Assembly: GCA_049512935.1 (NCBI GenBank)
Contig: JBEKWR010000021.1
Location: 1-33,901 of the forward strand
Length of the DNA stretch: 33,901 nt
Origin: Candidatus Bathyarchaeia archaeon
Lineage (GTDB): Archaea; Thermoproteota; Bathyarchaeia; Bathyarchaeales; Bathycorpusculaceae
Direction: 5' to 3'
The translations under genes were made by a program, and so were the position numbers. Below the pieces are notes generated by a model that was given only the letters and a program-made list of their open reading frames with translations, was not told the origin of the DNA and did no database searches. Of this stretch, positions 27,000-33,901 are shown piece by piece. The stretch's first letter is position 1; each line of letters starts with the position of its first letter.

Positions 27000-27440
27000 A
27001 TGAAAGCATGGACAGCGATAGGTGCAATTTTTTCGCTTATCGGCTTTGTGGTTCTAATCGTCGGTGTAGCCAGAATAGTTCAAGTGGAATCACTTTACAA
27101 TCAATTAGGAGCGAGTCAGTATCTTGGTTCACTAGAGAACACGGTGATTTGGAGTGCCTCCGAGTCTTACATTGTCGGGTCCATTATTTGTTTTATCATT
27201 GGTGGCGTTGGTTTTGCCGCAGGTTCAAGTGCAAACTCAAACAAACCCGTTTCTCCGGCTGCTCCACATCCAGTTAATTATTGGCAACCACAACCTCCTC
27301 CGCCGCCCCAACAAGTCGGAGCGGTTAAGTACTGCTCTGCATGTGGTTCTCCCAATCCGAAAGAGAACCAGTTTTGTGGACGTTGCGGAAAAAGATTCAT
27401 AGAACAAAGCACAGAACAAAATACGTTTAAACTTACATAG
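27000..27440 (+). CDS. Two-TM membrane protein with Pro-rich linker and C-terminal Zn ribbon
   Basis: Two hydrophobic helices, QPPPPPQ, YCSACG...FCGRCG. Confidence 0.85.
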   Translation: MKAWTAIGAIFSLIGFVVLIVGVARIVQVESLYNQLGASQYLGSLENTVIWSASESYIVGSIICFIIGGVGFAAGSSANSNKPVSPAAPHPVNYWQPQPPPPPQQVGAVKYCSACGSPNPKENQFCGRCGKRFIEQSTEQNTFKLT

Positions 27441-27571
27441 TAGTCTGCCTCTTGTTTATGGATTGAGGTATCAGCAATCTGGATGGGTATCAATAGCTTG
27501 GCTGTTTTTTTAATCGTTGTTTCTTCATAGGCGTTTCGTTTCATCCATAGCATTATGTTGATAATGTTCAT
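27440..27571 (-). pseudogene. Possible N-terminal remnant of an archaeal tyrosine integrase
   Basis: MNIINIMLWMKRNAYEETTIKKTAKLL resembles, from recall, the 'LxWMKxxxYxxxTIxx' first helices of integrase core-binding domains. The resemblance fades after ~27 codons. Confidence 0.45.
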
Positions 27572-27599
27572 ATTAGACGGAGATGCTGTTTTAAGAGCG

Positions 27600-27661
27600 G
27601 GGGATGATGTCGCCGTCCCAGTCTGATTGGGAAATATGAAGATTGAAAATTGACAGACCCC
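27600..27661 (+). ncRNA. Putative box C/D guide sRNA; D' guide complementary to 23S P-loop (Gm2251 equivalent)
   Basis: GGGG stem, C box ATGATGT (27604), 12-nt guide CGCCGTCCCAGT, D' CTGA (27623), C' ATGAAGA (27636), 11-nt spacer, D-like CAGA (27654), CCCC stem. Confidence 0.68.
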
Positions 27662-27738
27662 AAAAAGATTTTAGAAAAAGGTCGCATAAAGCTCAAGATG
27701 CATTCATTTTTTATAATCCCTCACTAATATGCTTCCAT

Positions 27739-27756
27739 CTACTGGTGCACCTGTAG
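27739..27756. promoter_or_regulatory. 18-bp palindrome, putative autoregulatory operator
   Basis: CTACTGGTGCACCTGTAG (8 of 9 symmetric pairs) lies between TATA TTTTTATAA (~27709-27717) and ATG 27758. Confidence 0.55.
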
Positions 27757-27757
27757 A

Positions 27758-28015
27758 ATGGCGAGGATGCGGAAAAGCGCGGTTCAGATTCGGTTTGAAA
27801 TCTTAGAGTACCTGTTCTTTAACTCGAAGGCTCAGCTTAGGACTGTGATTTGGCGGAAATCCACGAACCTTTCTTACGACGATTTTCTTAAGCATTTGCT
27901 GTTCCTTGAGGATAAGAAGCTGGTGAAGGAGACAGCGGAGGGGTACTGTTCGTTAACTGAGCAGGGCAGGAACTTGTACGTTGACCTGCGCAAGTCGCTT
28001 CCGTCAATCTTGTAA
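27758..28015 (+). CDS. Small winged-HTH regulator (HTH_45/ArnR1-like)
   Basis: RKSAVQIRFEILE...NLSY...L..L....LV......LTEQGR pattern. Confidence 0.82.
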   Translation: MARMRKSAVQIRFEILEYLFFNSKAQLRTVIWRKSTNLSYDDFLKHLLFLEDKKLVKETAEGYCSLTEQGRNLYVDLRKSLPSIL

Positions 28016-28079
28016 GGGTTCACTTGTGGTGCATCAGGTATAAAAAACAAAACAACGGTGAAATAGGCAGGAAACAAAA

Positions 28080-28439
28080 ATGGCTAAAGAAAACCACGAA
28101 GACAAGCAGTACCCAGTAAGGTCTCTGCATGACTTTCTTTTCGAGTTAGATAAGGAATGGACTAAATTTCGAAACGGAACCCTAATCGGGCTTGCATCCT
28201 CAGCAATCCTGTTCATAGTCGTCGTTTGGCTCATATTGAGAACCCACCATTTCGGGCTTGGATTCGTGGGTTTTATACTGCTAATACTTGCAGCTGTCGT
28301 CTTAGGCTACAGCATCTACGCGATGGTCGCGCAGTATCGGTTCCTCAACAAGTGGGAACGCCGCATCGGCTTGCTTCTGCACACGGAAGAGCAGATGCTG
28401 TCCGAAAAGCTTGACGAGAACAAAGCTGACAAAGCTTAG
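28080..28439 (+). CDS. Two-TM membrane protein
   Basis: Two hydrophobic helices with charged flanks. Confidence 0.8.
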   Translation: MAKENHEDKQYPVRSLHDFLFELDKEWTKFRNGTLIGLASSAILFIVVVWLILRTHHFGLGFVGFILLILAAVVLGYSIYAMVAQYRFLNKWERRIGLLLHTEEQMLSEKLDENKADKA

Positions 28440-28532
28440 TGTACATTTTAGGTGCACATCAAAAGTGCGGCTCCCTTTTTAAAGACGCCACCAAGCTGCT
28501 AGTATGGAAGCAGTTTGGAGGTGAAAGATGAA

Positions 28533-29039
28533 ATGGTCACCTTAAGCAAAAAAAGTAAAATCATAATCGCCGCGGTAGCAGCCATCGCAATCGTTCTGAT
28601 GGTAACCGTGCCCTACGTAAGCGCGCAAACCATTGCCAACAACGCAGCATCAAACATTAAAACTCTGCATGCCCGAGGAAACATCTACCAAAAAGTCGAC
28701 AGCAACACGTTAAAGTATTATCAAGCCAACTTGACCCTGACTCTTCAGCCGACGTCAACCGGCGGCAACGCAAAGCTTTTTGACGTTACAGGCGGAACAC
28801 TGGTTGTGGCAAACGGCGTCACGTACACTTTCACAGGCGGAAACGGCGGAGTGTTGACGGGCAGACACGCGGTTCTTTTGCAGGCGCAGGGAACCGACCC
28901 AGACGGGCAGCCAGTGACGCTTAAACTTGCAGGGCAATACAGCTACTCTTGGCTCGCAGGACGAGTCGCGTTGAAAATCGGCGCCAAACTGCAAACAGCC
29001 GACGCCAACTACACCCTCCTGATGCTTGCACCGATCTAA
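28533..29039 (+). CDS. Secreted beta-rich hypothetical protein
   Basis: GGAGGTGA RBS before ATG 28533; basic-hydrophobic signal ending VSA; followed by T-tracts. Confidence 0.82.
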   Translation: MVTLSKKSKIIIAAVAAIAIVLMVTVPYVSAQTIANNAASNIKTLHARGNIYQKVDSNTLKYYQANLTLTLQPTSTGGNAKLFDVTGGTLVVANGVTYTFTGGNGGVLTGRHAVLLQAQGTDPDGQPVTLKLAGQYSYSWLAGRVALKIGAKLQTADANYTLLMLAPI

Positions 29040-29311
29040 AACAGCTTTTTTTAGAGCAATTTTTTTCTTTATCGCTCATCGTTTAAAGGCTTCAGCGGCT
29101 TCCCAAGTCACCTTTGCTTAAGCCCAAGTTCTTTCGAGACGACACTGCACTTGTCGTTGATGATGAAGATGATGATGACACAATTGTTTTCCACAAACCC
29201 AAAGAACTAGCCCCGATGAGAGCTGTTGTTGATGATGAAGGATAGTTTTCCTTCTTGAAAAACTTCAAAGACCAAGCAAACGAAAAGAAAAATGGATTGC
29301 GCTTTTCAGGC

Positions 29312-30016
29312 TTAGACAGGTGTCGGCGTTGACGGCTGAGGAAGAGGCGTTGCCTGCGGCGGCTGTTCCTGCTTGGGTTGAATTTGGAAGAATGCCCATG
29401 CTAAAAGCACCACTGCAATCCAGATTATAACGTAGCCTATGAATATTATTGAAAGCAAAGCGCCTATGATTAGCACCAGAGCGGCGGTTGAGAACAATGT
29501 CACGCCTGTTTTTGCCGCGAGGCTTTTCAGGAATCGGTTGGCGAAGAAAGATGCAACCACAAGGAAAGCCCACATGACCGCGTTCACCCCGAACAATGCG
29601 CCCGCAACCGCAAGTTCCGTGCCACGCGTCAAGTTAGACCTGTCAGCTTTTGTGCCGACAAAAGACGAGATAGTTGACCAGCTTCCGTTCCACGTGGGAT
29701 AAAGTTCATGAAGTAAATTTGTCAAAGTTGACGTGAAAAAAACCACATAGACAAGCGCCAAAACCGCAACCACCACGCCAGCTATCACCGCTATGAAACT
29801 GTACAGAGAATTATTGTACAAGCCTTTCTCCTGATAGACCTTGCTTAAGCCGCCAAGACCGACCAAACCCAAAATTGCGCCCACCAAAACAATCACGCCG
29901 CAAGCTACGCTTAAGAAACCTACGCCTGCTAACGTGCCCCCAATTGCAGCCGCTGCTCCCACAACTATGAGTATTGCGCCTGCGCCGGCTAAATTCTTGC
30001 TTGAGTCAAGAGACAC
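29312..30016 (-). CDS. DUF996-family membrane protein
   Basis: MSLDSSKNLAGAGAIL...L..LSK.YQE..LY.N...F.TA.L..IIGALL.IIFIG.....IA..L...AFF pattern. GTG 30016 preferred. Confidence 0.8.
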   Translation of the reverse strand: MSLDSSKNLAGAGAILIVVGAAAAIGGTLAGVGFLSVACGVIVLVGAILGLVGLGGLSKVYQEKGLYNNSLYSFIAVIAGVVVAVLALVYVVFFTSTLTNLLHELYPTWNGSWSTISSFVGTKADRSNLTRGTELAVAGALFGVNAVMWAFLVVASFFANRFLKSLAAKTGVTLFSTAALVLIIGALLSIIFIGYVIIWIAVVLLAWAFFQIQPKQEQPPQATPLPQPSTPTPV

Positions 30017-30304
30017 TGTTTTACACCCATTTTGGGGTTCTTTCTCCAGGAATAAAAGCTTTTGCATGCCGCACCAAGACTGATCCTAAAAGGATGTTGT
30101 TCCCTATGCAATAAAGTCAATGAAAGTTTTGAATCCTCAGATCAGTCAGGAAAAACCCCGCGAGCCAGTTAGGCAGCGTATTTTTTTTTCGCGTGAGCCG
30201 TTAAGGGATTGCGCGGGTTGCGTGAGGTTTTCTGGCGGCTTTTTGAGTTTTTGGAGTTAACTTAAATTACGTTGTTTGTTATACATGGAATAAGGCGCTG
30301 ATTC

Positions 30305-30487
30305 ATGTCGGATGAAAAAGGGAGCGCGGTGAAACCTGAGGCGCGTAAATCTGTAGAGTTGCCCTGCGGCTGCGTTTACCAAGACAACGGGTGGATGCTT
30401 ATGCGGATTAACGAGTGCGAGTACCACAGGCGCAGGCGAACGACCAAGCGTCCGTACCGGCCTAAAGCTGAATGCGTAAGACCATAA
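30305..30487 (+). CDS. Small Cys/His protein with basic tail
   Basis: ELPCGC...ECEYH (potential C3H Zn site) followed by RRRRTTKR. Confidence 0.55.
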   Translation: MSDEKGSAVKPEARKSVELPCGCVYQDNGWMLMRINECEYHRRRRTTKRPYRPKAECVRP

Positions 30488-30573
30488 ACGGAATCTGAAG
30501 CCCATGCATCAATACTACAATCGGGGTTTTTCCCACAAGAGATTTAACAGCCAAAAAGGATGTTGAAGGCACA

Positions 30574-31698
30574 TTGACAACCAAAGAATCAGCCCCGAAA
30601 CAGAAACAGGCGCGTTCAAGAGGGATACTGAGAATCGTTCTCGAAGTCATCTTCATGGTGGCGATCTTAGCAGCCCTATTCTGGTATGTCGGCGTAGGTT
30701 CCCTGTACAACGCCCTCCTCCACATTAAAGTCCAGTACCTTCTTCTTGCTTTCCTGATGTATTTTTGTATAAACCTGCTTTTCACGGTGCGGCTGAGACG
30801 AGTCCTGAGTAAAAACGGCGTAAAAACAACTTTCGGCAAAACATTGCTCGCCCAATACGGTGGCATGCTGACGAGCGACGTTACTCCTGGGCGGTCAGGT
30901 TACATTTTGACGCCCGTTTATTTGCTTGATCAAAATGTTCCAACGTCAAAGAGTCTTTCAAGCGTGCTGGGGATCCAAACGTTCGAGTTTCTCATTAAAG
31001 TTATCGGTGGAATAGGCGCTGTAATTTACCTTGTAAAGTTTGTTCCGTCAACCGTTTGGAATAAATTGTTCCCAACCCAGATTCTTGGAGTCAACGTGGC
31101 ATTGCTGATCGCGGCGCTTGGCATCGCTTTAATGATGACTGGAGCAATCGTCCTTGCGCTTTTCACATGGTCCAAACGTGCCATCTCAATATTTGACCGA
31201 ATCGCAAAATCCAGATTGCTGAAAAGGTTCACGGGCAGCTTAATGGGGAAGCTTGAAGAATACAAAGCAAGCGCCCACAGCACTGGCAGAGCAATTCCCG
31301 AAATAATCATCTTAACCATGGCGTGCTGGATCATAAAAGGTTTTGAATGGTACTTTTTAGGCTACGCATTGGGAATTACGCAGATCCCGTGGATAGCGTA
31401 CTTCCTAATTCACCCGTTGGTTACCGCTTTGGCATTTGTTCCTATAACTCCCGCTGGTATTGGCGTGCAAGAATTCGGAATTATCGGCATTTTCGGGCTG
31501 GTACTTAACGTCCCTGCCAATCCACAACTGATACCGACAATCGCCGCTTTCGCTTTACTTGCGCGTGGCTTGCTCATATTTGAAGACTTAGCAGGCGTGC
31601 CCCAAATCGTAAGGTCAACAAGCCTCATTTTTACTCGCAAAAAGCCTGATGGACAGCTGGAACCTAAGCCGGGCGGTTCCCAAGCGAGCCCAGTTTAG
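30574..31698 (+). CDS. Lysylphosphatidylglycerol synthase TM region / UPF0104 flippase-like protein
   Basis: VTPGRSG and PITPAGIGVQE motifs; multiple TM helices. Confidence 0.88.
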   Translation: MTTKESAPKQKQARSRGILRIVLEVIFMVAILAALFWYVGVGSLYNALLHIKVQYLLLAFLMYFCINLLFTVRLRRVLSKNGVKTTFGKTLLAQYGGMLTSDVTPGRSGYILTPVYLLDQNVPTSKSLSSVLGIQTFEFLIKVIGGIGAVIYLVKFVPSTVWNKLFPTQILGVNVALLIAALGIALMMTGAIVLALFTWSKRAISIFDRIAKSRLLKRFTGSLMGKLEEYKASAHSTGRAIPEIIILTMACWIIKGFEWYFLGYALGITQIPWIAYFLIHPLVTALAFVPITPAGIGVQEFGIIGIFGLVLNVPANPQLIPTIAAFALLARGLLIFEDLAGVPQIVRSTSLIFTRKKPDGQLEPKPGGSQASPV

Positions 31699-31752
31699 AA
31701 AGCGCTTTTTAACTCTATTTTTTATTGTAGTGACAGAAAGGAAGTGTCATTT

Positions 31753-32241
31753 ATGACCGCTGAATTTGCGATAAGGCTGACGAAACCAAATGATGCACCC
31801 ATGCTTAGGGAAATTGCAGTTCTGTCTTTTTCCAAGTTTATGGGGTTCTTTGCCGTTCAAAGCCTATTTTCGGGCGAGGGGCAGGTGCTGGTCTGTGAGG
31901 CGCAGGGAAAAGTGGTTGGGTTTGCTAAGCTGATTGATTTCCAAATAGCCCGTGTCAAATTCGGCTGCATTCTCTGGATTGCCGTTCACCCGAGCTTTCG
32001 CCGAAAAGGAGTTGCAACTGCGCTTACGGCTCAGGGCATTTTGCGTCTCAAACAGGAAGGTGCGAAAGCTGTGTTTGCTTCCGTCCAAAGAAGAAAAACT
32101 GGCGCCTTGACTGTTATGATGCGAAACGGTTTTCGAAGAGTGGGGTTTCGGGAGCTTTGGCGGCTTTTCGGCTGGCGCGTCTTCGAGATTTACGGTGATA
32201 TTTGGTTGGCTCCGGGCGAAGTCGTCTTGATACATGATTAA
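31753..32241 (+). CDS. GNAT N-acetyltransferase
   Basis: IAVHPSFRRKGVATAL acetyl-CoA motif A; RNGF motif B. Confidence 0.9.
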   Translation: MTAEFAIRLTKPNDAPMLREIAVLSFSKFMGFFAVQSLFSGEGQVLVCEAQGKVVGFAKLIDFQIARVKFGCILWIAVHPSFRRKGVATALTAQGILRLKQEGAKAVFASVQRRKTGALTVMMRNGFRRVGFRELWRLFGWRVFEIYGDIWLAPGEVVLIHD

Positions 32242-32328
32242 TCGGCGTGAAGACCGTTCAAAGTTTAGATTTTTTTGGGTCAACAAAATTTATATCTTAT
32301 GAGACGGTAAAGCAAAAGGTGAACTTTT

Positions 32329-33342
32329 GTGGCGTTAATGAAAGCGATTCAAGTTAGTGCTCCTGGTGGAGATTTCAAGTTAGTTGAAAAGGAGATTCCT
32401 GAGCCGAAGGAACATGAGGTTCTTCTTAAGGTTCAAGCCTGCGGCGTTTGCCATGGAGACGCCATCGTTAAGGAAGGTTATTTCCCCGGGTTGTCATATC
32501 CGAGGACACCTGGTCATGAGGTTGTCGGCACCATTGTCAAGTTAGGTTCTGAGTCGCATTATTGGAAGATTGGTCAAAGGGTCGGTGTAGGCTGGCGTGG
32601 TGGGCACTGTATGCATTGCAGGTCTTGTCTGAAAGGGGACATTTGGGCTTGTGAGAGTCCTTTGGCGACGGGCATTTCAAGTGACGGCGGATACGCCGAG
32701 TACATGGTCGCCCGAATGGAGGTGCTGACCGCGATTCCTGAAGAGCTAAGCTCCGTGGAGGCGGCGCCGCTGCTCTGTGCAGGTGCAACTACCCTTGGTG
32801 CATTGAAGAGTAGTCAGGCTAAGGGCGGCGATTTGGTTGCGATCCACGGCTTAGGCGGGCTGGGTCATTTGGCGTTGCAGTTCGCGGTTAGGCTTGGCTT
32901 GAAGGTTGCGGTGATTTCTCGCGGAGCGGAGAAAGAGGTGTTAGCCCGTAAGCTTGGCGCGCATATCTACATTGATTCAAACACGAAGAACGCCGCTGAA
33001 GAATTGATGAAGATGGGTGGGGCACGAGCCATCTTCTGCACTGCGCCGAACAGCAAAGCCATCTCGGAGCTCGTCGGCGGCTTGGCGCGAAACGGTCAAT
33101 TGATAATTATCACCTTTGTCAATGAGCCGATGCAGATTTCTCCCGTGCAGCTTATGCGCGCCGTGCGGTCAGTGAGCGGCTGGATCGGGGGAAACGCGGC
33201 TGACACCTTGAACTTCAGCGTTCTCACGCATGTTGTTCCGATGGTTGAGGTGTTTCCGTTGGAGCAAGCCGCCGTGGCTTTTGACCGCATGATGACGGCA
33301 AAGGTTCATTTCCGAGCAGTCCTAAAGGTAAGTGAGGGTTAA
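32329..33342 (+). CDS. adh: Zn-dependent alcohol dehydrogenase (MDR, AdhP-like)
   Basis: GVCHGD, PGHE, structural CxxCxxC-x7-C, PLLCAG, GLGGLG. Confidence 0.95.
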   Translation: MALMKAIQVSAPGGDFKLVEKEIPEPKEHEVLLKVQACGVCHGDAIVKEGYFPGLSYPRTPGHEVVGTIVKLGSESHYWKIGQRVGVGWRGGHCMHCRSCLKGDIWACESPLATGISSDGGYAEYMVARMEVLTAIPEELSSVEAAPLLCAGATTLGALKSSQAKGGDLVAIHGLGGLGHLALQFAVRLGLKVAVISRGAEKEVLARKLGAHIYIDSNTKNAAEELMKMGGARAIFCTAPNSKAISELVGGLARNGQLIIITFVNEPMQISPVQLMRAVRSVSGWIGGNAADTLNFSVLTHVVPMVEVFPLEQAAVAFDRMMTAKVHFRAVLKVSEG

Positions 33343-33344
33343 GC

Positions 33345-33901
33345 ATGAGTGAAACGTTAAGAATTATTCAAGAAAGGCAATCCGCGCGGGTACCCTTTGA
33401 CAAAAACCATCCCGTGCAGAGTGAAGACTTGTTGAAGATTCTGGAAGCAGCAAAGTGGACGCCTACAGCGCATAACATGCAGAACTTTGAGATAATCGTC
33501 GTGGATGACGCGGCGGTGTTGGAGAAGATCGGAAATATCAAGTCGCGCATCTCCGAAGAGTTTCTGCGGGAAAACTACGAGCAGCTTTCTTTTTCAAGAG
33601 AGGAGTTGCTGAAGAAGAAAACTGGGATTTTGGGTGCGATGTTTCCGCCTGAATGGGTTGACCCTGCCAAAATATCTGAAGCCGTCAAGAAAGCGTCGCC
33701 TATGCCAATATCGCAGTCGATTCGAGGCAGCCCGACGCTTCTGATCGTTGTTTATGACTCGAGGAAAAGGGTGCCTGCTTCCCACGGTGACATCTTGGGT
33801 TTCATGAGCCTCGGCTGCCTTATGGAGAACATGTGGCTTATTGCGCAGTCTTTAGGCATTGGTCTCCAGATACTCAGCGCCTTCTCTGCTCCGCTTGTTG
33901 A
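33345..33901 (+). CDS. Nitroreductase-family protein, 3'-truncated by window edge
   Basis: MSETLRIIQERQSARVPF...LEAAKWTPTAHNMQNFEIIVV...LGCLMENMWLIAQSLGIG. Starts 2 bp after the adh stop. Not in the ORF track. Confidence 0.9.
   Translation, partial: MSETLRIIQERQSARVPFDKNHPVQSEDLLKILEAAKWTPTAHNMQNFEIIVVDDAAVLEKIGNIKSRISEEFLRENYEQLSFSREELLKKKTGILGAMFPPEWVDPAKISEAVKKASPMPISQSIRGSPTLLIVVYDSRKRVPASHGDILGFMSLGCLMENMWLIAQSLGIGLQILSAFSAPLV

Noticed and set aside
3805-27571. One 23-kb element bounded by split int(N) and int(C) on the same strand
   Set aside because: No shared att repeat at the two ends, and the interval holds tRNA-Ser, JAMM and glgP with host-like composition. Two independent remnants are more parsimonious.
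238-33785. Numerous antisense or alternate-frame ORFs in the track (e.g. 238..909, 496..957, 6270..6716, 14139..14630, 31864..32286)
   Set aside because: Shadows of well-supported genes, with no independent motifs.

Overview
Archaeal chromosomal window. A TACK archaeon such as Bathyarchaeia is my inference, from a CdvB/ESCRT-III gene, archaeal-style tRNAs, BRE/TATA promoters and the integrase style. It holds about 30 CDSs: CdvB-like, VapBC, JAMM, GT2 and GT-C glycosyltransferases, an ArsR/membrane-protein/MacB-ABC/HtrA cluster, alpha-glucan phosphorylase with a PAS-only protein, a helicase IV-like protein with a nuclease insert, a frameshifted PIN gene, DUF996, a flippase-like protein, GNAT, Zn-ADH and nitroreductase. 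It also carries tRNA-Val(GAC) and tRNA-Ser(TGA). Signals not shown by the ORF track: (1) a probable box C/D guide RNA whose N+5 target is the 23S P-loop G2251, at the edge of an AT-rich island beside an integrase-like N-terminal remnant; (2) a modular, structured dispersed repeat at three loci with an iterated AAAGTCGCAAC motif; (3) a fixed-spacing operator/promoter motif linking an ArsR regulator to a putative envelope-stress regulon; (4) a ~370-bp islet bracketed by tRNA-Val and its 3' duplicate, next to a dead integrase; (5) a DUF2400-like domain fused to a PD-(D/E)xK nuclease. Family calls come from motif recognition by eye and alignments were counted by hand; no searches were run.
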